Of a stretch of DNA of 64,000 bases, positions 29,903-39,540 are shown piece after piece (position 1 is the stretch's first letter; each line of letters begins with the position of its first letter). Source of the stretch: a virus. Where the stretch lies: the IMG/VR virus record IMGVR_UViG_3300030103_004875; one strand, given 5' to 3'. Made by a program: the position numbers and the translations under genes. A model generated the notes under the pieces. It made no database searches and was not told the DNA's origin. It worked only from the letters and a program-made list of their open reading frames with translations.

Positions 29903-30549
29903 AAAAATTAATATGTTTTAGTCTATGGGGGAATGACAAGAAGTATACTAGTGGTGCTATTGAAAACTTAGAATTGGCTTCTACCTATTATCCCGGATGG
30001 ATTTGTAGATATTATATTTCTAAAGAAAATACTTCACCTGAACTTATACGAAAAATGAAAGAATATGATAATTGCGAAGTCTTCATGCATGATCAAATAG
30101 ATTCACAATGTCAAAGACTAATTAGATTCTTCCCTCTTCAGGAATCTGATGTTGAATATTTTATCGTAAGGGATTTGGATTCTCGGTTAGGCAGAAGAGA
30201 GGCCTCTGCTGTGGAGGAGTGGATACAATCTGGGCATGATTACCATATAATGAGAGACAATGTGGAACATGCAGTTCCTATGATGGCTGGGATGTGGGGA
30301 GCAAAGGGTAACCTTGTTCCTGATTTTTCTTCTCTAGTAGAGAAGCATAAGTTAACATTGGGAGAAGAGTTTGATACCAATGTTCAAGTGGATCAGCAGT
30401 TTCTTTGGAATTACATCATACCCAAAATTAAAAGTGCATTAGTTCATGATGAAAGCACTCATCTTGGGGGAAATAAATATCCTACAGAGAGATTAGAAAA
30501 TGAAATTCCTGAGTTTATAGGTCAATCATATGAAGATTTTGTATTATGA
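29899..30549 (+). CDS. Conserved glycan-cluster protein (GT-A-like)
   Basis: KLICFSLWG..Y..GAIEN...YPGW.CRYY, RFFPL, VRDLDSR, HIMRD, MAGMWG, DQQFL. Confidence 0.6.
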   Translation: MKKLICFSLWGNDKKYTSGAIENLELASTYYPGWICRYYISKENTSPELIRKMKEYDNCEVFMHDQIDSQCQRLIRFFPLQESDVEYFIVRDLDSRLGRREASAVEEWIQSGHDYHIMRDNVEHAVPMMAGMWGAKGNLVPDFSSLVEKHKLTLGEEFDTNVQVDQQFLWNYIIPKIKSALVHDESTHLGGNKYPTERLENEIPEFIGQSYEDFVL

Positions 30550-31514
30550 ATATTGAAGAAAAAAAAGTAGTTTATGTCACTGGATGTCTGGGATTTATTG
30601 GATCTTATGTCACTAGATTATGCCTGGATCGTGGTTGGTATGTAAAGGGTGTTGATAAAATAACCTATGCTGCCAATAAAAATCTTCTCTCGGAGTTTGA
30701 ATCCTACGATAATTTTTCATTTGTGCATTGTGATATAAACGAGTTAAAATTTTTATATGACTGTGATTATGTGATTAATACGGCAGCAGAAACACACGTT
30801 GGTAATTCTATTGCGAATAGTGATGATTTTGTTGAGTCCAATATAAACGGTGTGCATAATATTTTAGAGTTGATAAAAAATTATCGACAAGAACACACCA
30901 AGGTTCCTACTCTGTTACATTTCAGCACAGATGAGGTGTATGGGGATATAGAGGATGGTGCGCACACGGAAAATGATATATTAAAGCCTTCTAACCCTTA
31001 TTCTGCAACTAAGGCGGCCGCCGACATGTTAGTGCTGGCGTGGGCCAGAACTTATAATATCCCATATGTGATTGTTCGTCCCACCAATAATTATGGCATT
31101 GGCCAGTATGTTGAAAAATTAATACCAAAGGCTTGTAAGTTCTTGAAACTTGGTAGAAAAATACCACTTCACAATAATGGAACACCTGTCCGAAATTGGT
31201 TACATGCAGAGGATACGGCTAACGCTGTTATAAAGATTATTGAGTCTGGTATGAATAATGAAATTTATAACATCGCTGGCGGGTTTGAACAAACCAACAT
31301 GGATACTGTTCATAAGTTAATTTCTGTATTGACAGACGGGGAAGAATATGATATAAAAGACTATGTTGATACCTCATTTTCTCGTGTGGGACAAGATTTA
31401 AGGTATGCTTTGGATGACTCTAAACTTCGCTCTTTGGGATGGGAACCCAAGAAAGACTTTGATACAGAAATCATCGACATAGTAAATTACTACAAGAATA
31501 AATTTATATGGTAA
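30546..31514 (+). CDS. rfbB: dTDP-glucose 4,6-dehydratase-type extended SDR
   Basis: VTGCLGFIGS, DKITYAA, AAETHV, STDEVYG, PYSATKAAAD, NNYG..Q.VEKLIP. Confidence 0.9.
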   Translation: MNIEEKKVVYVTGCLGFIGSYVTRLCLDRGWYVKGVDKITYAANKNLLSEFESYDNFSFVHCDINELKFLYDCDYVINTAAETHVGNSIANSDDFVESNINGVHNILELIKNYRQEHTKVPTLLHFSTDEVYGDIEDGAHTENDILKPSNPYSATKAAADMLVLAWARTYNIPYVIVRPTNNYGIGQYVEKLIPKACKFLKLGRKIPLHNNGTPVRNWLHAEDTANAVIKIIESGMNNEIYNIAGGFEQTNMDTVHKLISVLTDGEEYDIKDYVDTSFSRVGQDLRYALDDSKLRSLGWEPKKDFDTEIIDIVNYYKNKFIW

Positions 31515-33322
31515 ACGATAGTAAAATTAGGGTAGCAGATTACATTGCAAATAAGATTCATGAAATGGGAGTGAATCATATTTTCACTATAACTGGCGGT
31601 GGTGCCATGTTTTTGAATGATGCAATATTAAGAAATCCCAATATAGAAGCTATTTGTGGTCACCACGAACAAGCGTCTGCAATGTCAGCCGTTGGTTATT
31701 CTAAGTACAGCGGAAAGTTGGGAGTTGTAATGCCAACAACAGGTTGTGGTGCAACCAATACCATAACGGGGTTATTGGATGCGTGGCAAGATAATGTTCC
31801 CATGCTTTTTGTATCGGGTCAGATAAATTCTCACCAAACAATGAGTAATTATGATTTACCATTGAGACAGATTGGTGTTCAAGAAGCAGATATTGTTGAG
31901 ATAGTAAAGAGTATCACTAAATATGCAGTTCTAGTTGATGATCCAAAACAAATTCGATACCATATGGAACGAGCGATCCACGAGGCCTTTTCGGGTAGAC
32001 CCGGTCCTGTTTGGTTAGATATTCCTTTGGATATTCAATCCACTCTCATAGATCCGGAATCTTTGGTTGGGTATCATCATACCGCCTCCGATGCTTTTGA
32101 TGAGATATGGTGGTCTTGGCCAAAACCTGATTTAGAAGAGGTGAGTGAGTATTTTCGTTGTGCTCAACGTCCGGTAATATTAGCGGGTAATGGTGTAAGG
32201 TTATCTGGAGCCAGTGAGGAATTTAAACAGTTTGTAGAGAAATATAATATTCCAGTGGTTAATACTTATCTTGCAGCAGATCTATTACCAACAGATCATC
32301 CGCTCAACATAGGTAGAGTTGGAATTAAGGGCAATAGAGCAGCCAATTTTGCATTGCAGAATTCTGATCTAGTATTAACGATAGGGACTAGACTAGGAAT
32401 TCCTGTTACGGGTTACATTTATGAAAACTTTGCACGAGAGGCAAAACTTGTTGTTGTCGATATTGATGATAAAGAACATCAAAAGAACACTATAAAGATA
32501 GACAAATTTATCCACTCGGACGCAAAAAAGTTTTTACAAAGATTTGAAGCCTCAAAGTGCCCAGACAACTGGTCCAAACAATGTTTAGGGTGGAAAACTA
32601 ATTGGCCCGTATTTTCGGAAGAACATTTAAATGACAGTGACGGTATAAGTTTTTACGGATTTATGAAAGTTCTTTCTGAATGCACTAGGGACGATGACGT
32701 TGTGGTTTCTGATGCCGGATCTGCTTATTATGTTTCCTCTCAAGCGGTTCATATAGAAAAAAATCAGAGGTATATTACTTCCGGTGCTCAAGCCGATATG
32801 GGATTCACGTTGCCTGCCAGCATAGGTGTTTCGGTTGCAAAAGATAGCGGAGATGTAATTGGTATTGTTGGGGACGGTTCGTTCCAAACAAATATTCAGG
32901 AATTGCAAACAATGGTTCACAATAAATTGCCTGTCAAAATGTTTGTTTGGAATAACAATGGTTATCTCTCTATTAGAACAACACAAAGAAAGTTTTTTGA
33001 TGACGGATTTATTGGAACCGATGTAGATTCGGGTGTGTCGTTCCCCGATCTTGAAAAGGTATCAGATGCGTATGGTATAAAGTATATACGATCATCCGAT
33101 ATAAATAAACTGAAAGATGATATTAACGAGTCTTTGAGTCATAATGGGCCCGTGATATGTGAAGTGATTTGTAAAGAATGGGATGAAGTATTGCCTACTA
33201 TTAGTAGTAAGAAACTACCAAACGGAAAAATGTTTTCTAAACCCTTAGAGGACATGTATCCCTTTTTGTCTCGTGAAGAATTTTTGAACAACATGATTGT
33301 AACCCCTGTGGAGGAAATTTAA
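31508..33322 (+). CDS. ThDP-dependent acetolactate-synthase-like carboligase (YerE-like)
   Basis: TGGGAMFL, HHEQASAM, TTGCGATN.ITG, VSGQ, GDGSFQTNIQEL..NNNGY. Confidence 0.9.
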   Translation: MVNDSKIRVADYIANKIHEMGVNHIFTITGGGAMFLNDAILRNPNIEAICGHHEQASAMSAVGYSKYSGKLGVVMPTTGCGATNTITGLLDAWQDNVPMLFVSGQINSHQTMSNYDLPLRQIGVQEADIVEIVKSITKYAVLVDDPKQIRYHMERAIHEAFSGRPGPVWLDIPLDIQSTLIDPESLVGYHHTASDAFDEIWWSWPKPDLEEVSEYFRCAQRPVILAGNGVRLSGASEEFKQFVEKYNIPVVNTYLAADLLPTDHPLNIGRVGIKGNRAANFALQNSDLVLTIGTRLGIPVTGYIYENFAREAKLVVVDIDDKEHQKNTIKIDKFIHSDAKKFLQRFEASKCPDNWSKQCLGWKTNWPVFSEEHLNDSDGISFYGFMKVLSECTRDDDVVVSDAGSAYYVSSQAVHIEKNQRYITSGAQADMGFTLPASIGVSVAKDSGDVIGIVGDGSFQTNIQELQTMVHNKLPVKMFVWNNNGYLSIRTTQRKFFDDGFIGTDVDSGVSFPDLEKVSDAYGIKYIRSSDINKLKDDINESLSHNGPVICEVICKEWDEVLPTISSKKLPNGKMFSKPLEDMYPFLSREEFLNNMIVTPVEEI

Positions 33323-33323
33323 T

Positions 33324-34247
33324 ATGCCAGCGGACAGCAAAACTAAAAAAACAATTTTAACACTCAACAACAATAAAAAGAATAATGACCCTACAGTTCT
33401 GGTGACTGCGTATGATTATCCTCAAGCAAGGATTGCAGACATGGCTGGAGTTGATGCTATCTTGATCGGTGACTCTCTCGGAATGACAACTCTTGGTCAC
33501 AAGACAACAATTCCGGTTACTATGGATAATATGATTGCGTCATCCGAAGCAGTTTGTAGGGGAGCAAAGAATGCCTTAATTATTGGTGACATGCCCTATA
33601 TGTCATATCAGCAGTCGAATGAACTCGCGGTAGAGAACGCCGGTAGGTTTATCGTTGCTGGTTGTGATATGGTTAAGGTAGAGGGTGCAATGACGGAGCG
33701 AATCAGAGCAATCTGTGATGCTGGTATCATGGTTATGAGTCACCTTGGACTTACTCCACATACACGAGCAAAACTTGGTGGATATAAGGTTCAGGGCAAG
33801 ACTGCAAAACAAGCAGAGATTGTTCTGAAGCAAGCCTTAGAATTACAGGATGCGGGCTGCTCCGCGCTTCTCCTAGAAGCGATGCCAAAGGAACCGGCCG
33901 GAATGATTGCAAAGGAATTGGATATTCCTGTCTATGGAATTGGTGCAGGTGATGAGGTTGATGGGCAGTTGGTTATTTTCCATGATCTCATGGGACTTTT
34001 CTGGGAATTTAAATCTAAGTTTGTTAAGAGATACTGTGAAGCAGGTCAAATTATGGCAAGTGCTCTTACCGATTATGTTAATGAAGTTCGTAGCCGACAA
34101 TTTCCAGCAGAGGAAAACTTCTATGAAATTAAAGAAGAGGAACTTGAAAAATTGCTTGGAGATTCTAAGTGGAAATATGAAACGGATCAAGGATTCCCGA
34201 CAAATCACTCAGCAACTCCAAATACGGTAACCGATAAAGACAAGTGA
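33324..34247 (+). CDS. panB: Ketopantoate hydroxymethyltransferase PanB family
   Basis: VTAYDY, LIGDSLGM..LG..TT.PVT, GDMPYMSY, VKVEG, HLGLTP, LLEA, GIGAG..DGQ..HD. Confidence 0.95.
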   Translation: MPADSKTKKTILTLNNNKKNNDPTVLVTAYDYPQARIADMAGVDAILIGDSLGMTTLGHKTTIPVTMDNMIASSEAVCRGAKNALIIGDMPYMSYQQSNELAVENAGRFIVAGCDMVKVEGAMTERIRAICDAGIMVMSHLGLTPHTRAKLGGYKVQGKTAKQAEIVLKQALELQDAGCSALLLEAMPKEPAGMIAKELDIPVYGIGAGDEVDGQLVIFHDLMGLFWEFKSKFVKRYCEAGQIMASALTDYVNEVRSRQFPAEENFYEIKEEELEKLLGDSKWKYETDQGFPTNHSATPNTVTDKDK

Positions 34248-35023
34248 ATATATTAGTAACAGGTGGTAATGGATATATTGCCAAAAGTCTTGTTAAAGGG
34301 TTTTCTGGTAAGTACAATATAACTAGTGTCACTAGGAATGATTTTGATCTATCGGATCCCGTTCTTACTTCTGAGTGGTTTAGAACTAGAGAATTTGATG
34401 TTGTTGTTCATACTGCGGCCGTCGGGGGAAGTAGGTTGTCTCCCGACGGCCCTGATGTTCTTCGGCAAAATTTGATGATGTATTATAATTTATTGTCAAA
34501 TAAAAAATCTTTCGGTAGGTTAATATCTTTTGGATCTGGTGCAGAACTGTTTCATAAAGAAACTCCATATGGTATGAGCAAGAGCATAATATCTGAGTCC
34601 ATAAGAAATACTGATAATTTCTATAACCTGAGAGTATTCGCAGTTTTTGATGAGAACGAACTGGATAGAAGATTTATAAAATCAAGTATAAATCGTTATA
34701 TTAATAAACAACCAATTATCATACACTCGGAAAAAATTATGGATTTTTTCTATATGCAAGATTTAATTTCTTTGGTAGAATACTATATTAACAATGATAA
34801 CCTTGAAAAAGAAATTAATTGTTCGTATCAAGGGAAAAAAACACTATTAGAAATTGCTTCCATTATAAATGATCTAGATAATTATACTGTTCCTGTTTTT
34901 ATAGAAACAAAAGATTATGGATTTTATTGTGGGGTGAGTGATTTGCCTATTAAGACTTATGGGTTGGAATCTGGTATAGAGAAAACCTACAAAATTATGA
35001 AAGATAATTGTAATGAAAATTGA
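34244..35023 (+). CDS. NAD-dependent epimerase/reductase (extended SDR)
   Basis: ILVTGGNGYIA, HTAAVGG, YGMSK. Confidence 0.85.
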   Translation: MNILVTGGNGYIAKSLVKGFSGKYNITSVTRNDFDLSDPVLTSEWFRTREFDVVVHTAAVGGSRLSPDGPDVLRQNLMMYYNLLSNKKSFGRLISFGSGAELFHKETPYGMSKSIISESIRNTDNFYNLRVFAVFDENELDRRFIKSSINRYINKQPIIIHSEKIMDFFYMQDLISLVEYYINNDNLEKEINCSYQGKKTLLEIASIINDLDNYTVPVFIETKDYGFYCGVSDLPIKTYGLESGIEKTYKIMKDNCNEN

Positions 35024-35915
35024 CAATGTAATATTTTCCACATCAGAAGAATATAGTAAGTTCTGGAACATCCAGTCCAAAATTTATAAAACTGCTCTGG
35101 GAATAGAACCTATCTGCATTCTTTATGGCAAAAAGAGTAACACCGACATGTCTGAAGAATATGGGACTATTATCGAGAGAGAATTTATTGAAAACTTGCC
35201 AAAGGTCTTACAGATAACATGGTCCAAATTTGATTATACAAAAACCGATCCAGAAAAAACTTGGATGATTGGTGATATTGATCTTATTCCTCTCAATAAA
35301 GAATACTTTACATCGAATATAGATTCTGCACCAGAAGATTCTTATCTACATTTAAATTTCTCAGCAATATCTGTTGTCAGGCGAGGTGTTCTGGACGGCT
35401 TTATAAAGGAAGGTCCGGCGGTTCTTAGGCGAATTAGATATGGTTGTCACGATAGTGGTGCAGACTTACCAGCACATTATCATGTTTCTAAGGGTAGTAA
35501 TTTTATTAATTTGTACGAATTAAATAGATCCTTTGATGAGCAAATACGTCATATAGTAGACTCTGGAATTTATGGTCACGGAGCACACTGTCAACCCCCG
35601 TGGCCAAAACCATCCCAAGATGAACTAATGAATTTTGAAAGTTTTTATTGGTTAGCAGAAGAAAATTATTCATCAGTGATGCTTTATAATGCACTATCTG
35701 ATAATAAGATAAAATTTATAGGTTATCATTACGATAATAGAATAAACAGAATCGATAGGAGCATGTGGTCAGATGAGAAAAATGATTATGTGTATGATAT
35801 TAATCTATTAAAACAGAAACATGTTGTTGATTTACATTGTTATCGTCCCTTCGATAAACAAAAAGAACAAATGAATAGAATAATTGATGAGTCTGAAATT
35901 TTTTCTGATAAATGA
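35013..35915 (+). CDS. Putative glycosyltransferase (GT-A-like)
   Basis: MIGDIDLIPL (DxD), RIDR, DLHCYRP. Confidence 0.5.
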   Translation: MKIDNVIFSTSEEYSKFWNIQSKIYKTALGIEPICILYGKKSNTDMSEEYGTIIEREFIENLPKVLQITWSKFDYTKTDPEKTWMIGDIDLIPLNKEYFTSNIDSAPEDSYLHLNFSAISVVRRGVLDGFIKEGPAVLRRIRYGCHDSGADLPAHYHVSKGSNFINLYELNRSFDEQIRHIVDSGIYGHGAHCQPPWPKPSQDELMNFESFYWLAEENYSSVMLYNALSDNKIKFIGYHYDNRINRIDRSMWSDEKNDYVYDINLLKQKHVVDLHCYRPFDKQKEQMNRIIDESEIFSDK

Positions 35916-37273
35916 AAAATCTTATTTGTATAACTGGGAGTTCTGGTGTAGGTAAAAGTACTTTATCTAAGTTTTTATATTTTATTTTTGGGTGTAATGA
36001 TGTAGTGACTATAAATGGTGATGATGCTCACAAGTGGGAACGTGGAGATACCAATTGGAACATACACACACATTTGAATCCATCATCTAATAATTTACAT
36101 GAAGAGATTGAAAGTTTAAAAAAACTAATTTCCGGTGAATCAATAATGAGAAAAAGATACAATCACGACACTGGAAAATTTGACGCTCCTGTTAATATTG
36201 ATCCAAAAGAAATCATATTGTATGAGGGTTTACATGCTCTATATGGTACTATGTCTGAATTATGTGACATTGGTATTTTTGTAGAAACAGAGAGAGATTT
36301 ACTGACACAATGGAAAGTTGAGAGAGATACTACAAAGCGGGGATATACTGTTGATGAAGTAAAGTCGGCAATAAAAAGAAGAGAAATTGATGAATCCTTA
36401 TATATTGAACCACAGAAACAAAAGGCTGATATAATTATTAGATTCGAAGAAAAAAGAGATAAAAAGGTTCATCTCGAATGCACATATGTAACGGGTGTCG
36501 GTAAGGAAATAGGAAAAAAAATAAAAACCATGTATGATAGGCATAGAGATTTTCTTTCTCTTTGCGAAATGACTTCTCTTGAATATGATTTAGTTCAACA
36601 CCAAGGCGGGAACATCTCCTATAAATTCGAAGATAAGATGGTGATAACTTCATCTGGGAAAAATATGGGAGATGTTACTTTACTCGATGGGTTTAGTTTA
36701 TGTGATAGTGAGGGAAACCTTCTAGACTTTAGTCAAAATCGACCATCTATGGAGTACGGGGTACATTTAAAGATACCACATAATTTTGTTTTACATACAC
36801 ATCCTATTCATTTGAATACTATTCTTTGCTCCAAGGAATCTAAAAAAATTGTTTCTGAAATCTTAAAGGATTATGATTATAACTACGTTCCATACTTTAC
36901 TCCGGGACAAGACTTGAAGAATAACTTTATACCCAATTCAGAAAACACTATAAATTTATTAGAGAGTCATGGTTTGATTTGTTCGGGTTATTCTTTTCAG
37001 GAAGTTTTTACAACTAGTATGGAAATAAACCAATTATGTAAAATTTGGTTACTTAAAAACTCTAAGAATTTTAAACAATTTTCCACAAAAAATAAAGTTC
37101 ATGGGTTTTTATTTCCTGATGCTGTGGTGTTGCCGGAATCTATGCGATCTGTTAATGATTATATGTTGAGTTTGCACAGAGAAGTCGGACTGACTTCTAA
37201 TTTTCTTTCGGAAAAGGAAATACATAAACTGAGTGGTATGGAAGAGGAAAAATATAGGAAATCTTTAGTATGA
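35912..37273 (+). CDS. Fusion of uridine kinase/phosphoribulokinase-like P-loop kinase and class II aldolase/epimerase
   Basis: N-term GSSGVGKST, GDDAHKWER, YNHDTGKF, EGLH, WKVERD..KRGY; C-term QGGNIS.K, RPSME, VLHTHP, PYFTPG, LESHG. Confidence 0.85.
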   Translation: MKNLICITGSSGVGKSTLSKFLYFIFGCNDVVTINGDDAHKWERGDTNWNIHTHLNPSSNNLHEEIESLKKLISGESIMRKRYNHDTGKFDAPVNIDPKEIILYEGLHALYGTMSELCDIGIFVETERDLLTQWKVERDTTKRGYTVDEVKSAIKRREIDESLYIEPQKQKADIIIRFEEKRDKKVHLECTYVTGVGKEIGKKIKTMYDRHRDFLSLCEMTSLEYDLVQHQGGNISYKFEDKMVITSSGKNMGDVTLLDGFSLCDSEGNLLDFSQNRPSMEYGVHLKIPHNFVLHTHPIHLNTILCSKESKKIVSEILKDYDYNYVPYFTPGQDLKNNFIPNSENTINLLESHGLICSGYSFQEVFTTSMEINQLCKIWLLKNSKNFKQFSTKNKVHGFLFPDAVVLPESMRSVNDYMLSLHREVGLTSNFLSEKEIHKLSGMEEEKYRKSLV

Positions 37274-38097
37274 AAATTATTGTTCCCATGGCCGGGCTAG
37301 GTCAAAGATTTGTGGATGCAGGATATACTGATCCAAAACCGTTAATACATGTTGCAAACAAAAAAGTAATAGAACATATAGTCGATATGTTTTCTGTTGA
37401 TGATGAGTTTATTTTCATTTGTAATGAGGATCATTTGTCCCAAACAAATATGAAAGAAGTTTTACACGAAATTTGCAAAAAATGTAAAATTGTATCGATG
37501 CCCTCCCACAAAAAGGGCCCAGTTTTTACCGTTCAGCAGGTTTACGATTTAATAGATGACGACGAAGAGGTTGTAGTTACTTATTGCGATAACCCATATT
37601 TATGGGATAGAGAAGACTTCTTGGAGTATGTGAAGAAAAATAAGTTAGACGGTTGTATATTGTCGCATTCTGGATTTCATCCGCATACACTCAACAATAC
37701 AAAAATGGCTTTTATGAGAACTGTTAATAATTTAGTTACAGAAATAAAAGAAAAAGAGTGCTACACAGATAATCCAATGAATGAACATGCCTCCACCGGA
37801 ACTTACTACTTTAGTAAAGGTTCTTACATAAAAAAATATTTTGATGAAGCAGTCATTAATAATATTCAATACAACGGGGAATATTATGTAACTCTTGTAT
37901 ATAACCTATTAATAAATGATGGGTTATTGGTTGGTTATTATGACACACCTTTTGCCACGGTTATGGGTACACCCGAAGAGGTGGATAATATTGAGGCATG
38001 GAACTCTATTTTAAATAAAGGTCAAGTTAAAAATGAAGATGACTTATTGAATTGTTATCGCTATTGGAAAGATTATTATGAGAGTGATTTACGTTGA
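37270..38097 (+). CDS. Sugar-phosphate nucleotidyltransferase
   Basis: IVPMAGLGQRF..GYTDPKPLI, YCD, GTYYF, NGEYYV, MGTPEE. Confidence 0.88.
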   Translation: MKIIVPMAGLGQRFVDAGYTDPKPLIHVANKKVIEHIVDMFSVDDEFIFICNEDHLSQTNMKEVLHEICKKCKIVSMPSHKKGPVFTVQQVYDLIDDDEEVVVTYCDNPYLWDREDFLEYVKKNKLDGCILSHSGFHPHTLNNTKMAFMRTVNNLVTEIKEKECYTDNPMNEHASTGTYYFSKGSYIKKYFDEAVINNIQYNGEYYVTLVYNLLINDGLLVGYYDTPFATVMGTPEEVDNIEAWNSILNKGQVKNEDDLLNCYRYWKDYYESDLR

Positions 38098-38374
38098 TGT
38101 TGACGAAACAATATGCAATACGCCGGACAACCCAAGAGTGTATGAAGATGCAAAACCGATCCAAGAAAATATCGATAAAATTAATAGACTATATGACGAG
38201 GGAAATACAATAGTGTATTGGACTGCAAGAGGAAGTCGTAGCGGTATTGATTGGTTTGATTTAACAAAATCTCAATTATCTAATTGGGGTGCGAAACATC
38301 ATAAACTTAGATGTGATAAGCCCTATTACGATATTTTCTATGATGATAAGACAATGAGAATTGAAGAAATATGA
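38078..38374 (+). CDS. Minimal HAD-superfamily phosphatase
   Basis: YVDVDETIC, WTARG, KP..DIFYDDK. Confidence 0.85.
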   Translation: MRVIYVDVDETICNTPDNPRVYEDAKPIQENIDKINRLYDEGNTIVYWTARGSRSGIDWFDLTKSQLSNWGAKHHKLRCDKPYYDIFYDDKTMRIEEI

Positions 38375-38814
38375 AATTAATAGCCCACAGGGGAAATACC
38401 AACGGTCCCAATTTAAAAAGAGAAAATACTCAATCATATATTGATGAGTCTATAGGTAAGGGATATGACGTAGAAATAGATGTTTGGGTGGTAAAGGGTG
38501 AATTATTTTTAGGTCATGATGAACCGATTAGTATGGTTGATTTGGAATGGTTACTTGGTAGGTCTAAAAATTTATGGATACATTGTAAAAATTTTAATTC
38601 TTTGCAGTTTCTATTGAATTATGATCAATTAAAATTATTCTTCCATGAAGAAGAAAGATACACAATTATTAGTAATGGTTTAATATGGGCCCATGATTTG
38701 AGAGAAGTAAATGATCAGTGTATAATACCGTTGTTGTCCGAGGAAGATTTGGTTTCTTGGAACCCCACCGAGGTTTTTGGTATTTGTTCTGATTATGTTG
38801 ATTATTTAAAATAA
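38371..38814 (+). CDS. Short glycerophosphodiester phosphodiesterase-like protein
   Basis: LIAHRGN, EN, DVEIDVW, LGHD, WIHCKN, GICSDY. Confidence 0.8.
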   Translation: MKLIAHRGNTNGPNLKRENTQSYIDESIGKGYDVEIDVWVVKGELFLGHDEPISMVDLEWLLGRSKNLWIHCKNFNSLQFLLNYDQLKLFFHEEERYTIISNGLIWAHDLREVNDQCIIPLLSEEDLVSWNPTEVFGICSDYVDYLK

Positions 38815-38831
38815 AGAACTGGAATATAAAA

Positions 38832-39506
38832 ATGAGAACTCCCGAGATACACTATGGTACAAATTTTGGTAAATATATTGTTAGTCTAATCGTTAATAAT
38901 AAATCAATTCAGAGAGTTATAGAGATAGGTTCTGGTAGCGGCAATGGCTCCACACAATGTCTTGCCGCTGCACTCCAGGCTAATCAGACGGAAAATACTA
39001 AACTAGTTTGTATGGAGCCAACTGAATATTTTAGTGATCTAGAAAAAAATACAGAAAACTTTTCTTTTGTGGAATGTCATAAGAATACCAGTATTTCATA
39101 TGATTCGTTTTCATTAAAAAATTATGAAGATTATATCTCGTACTGTATCGAGCATAGGGAAGTATTGAACTCCTTGAAAGGCAGAGAATTGGAATCTGTA
39201 CGAGAGGACCTCGAATCCCGTATCAACTGGTACAATCAGGATATAGTTCATTTTAAAGGATCAGATACAGGGGTTTTAAATAATCTGACAGAAGACTATG
39301 ATCTGTGTTTGATTGATGGTAGCGAATTTTCTGGATATGACGAATTTTTATTAGTTAAAGATAGAGTAAGTATAATTCTTCTCGATGATGATAATGAATA
39401 TAAAAACTACAAAACTAAACTTCACCTAAGCGAAGATAATGATTGGATATGTGTTGGACACGAGGCAGAAAGAAATGGGTGGAGTTCATGGATACGTAGG
39501 AAATGA
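38832..39506 (+). CDS. Class I SAM methyltransferase-like protein
   Basis: VIEIGSGSGNGST, DLCLIDGSEFSG, LLDD. Confidence 0.65.
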   Translation: MRTPEIHYGTNFGKYIVSLIVNNKSIQRVIEIGSGSGNGSTQCLAAALQANQTENTKLVCMEPTEYFSDLEKNTENFSFVECHKNTSISYDSFSLKNYEDYISYCIEHREVLNSLKGRELESVREDLESRINWYNQDIVHFKGSDTGVLNNLTEDYDLCLIDGSEFSGYDEFLLVKDRVSIILLDDDNEYKNYKTKLHLSEDNDWICVGHEAERNGWSSWIRRK

Positions 39507-39508
39507 AC

Positions 39509-39516
39509 TATACATA
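39509..39516 (+). promoter_or_regulatory. Putative late promoter (TATACATA)
   Basis: Intergenic, upstream of the TPR-GT2 gene; same 8-mer as upstream of gp3. Confidence 0.55.
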
Positions 39517-39540
39517 CAATGAACAAAAGGATTTTTTATC

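Noticed and set aside
31508-34247. ilvB + panB as a simple branched-chain amino acid/pantothenate auxiliary pair
   Set aside because: Not excluded, but disfavoured: the genes are coupled to nucleotide-sugar genes, and no ilvC/ilvD/ilvH or panC/panE is in the window.
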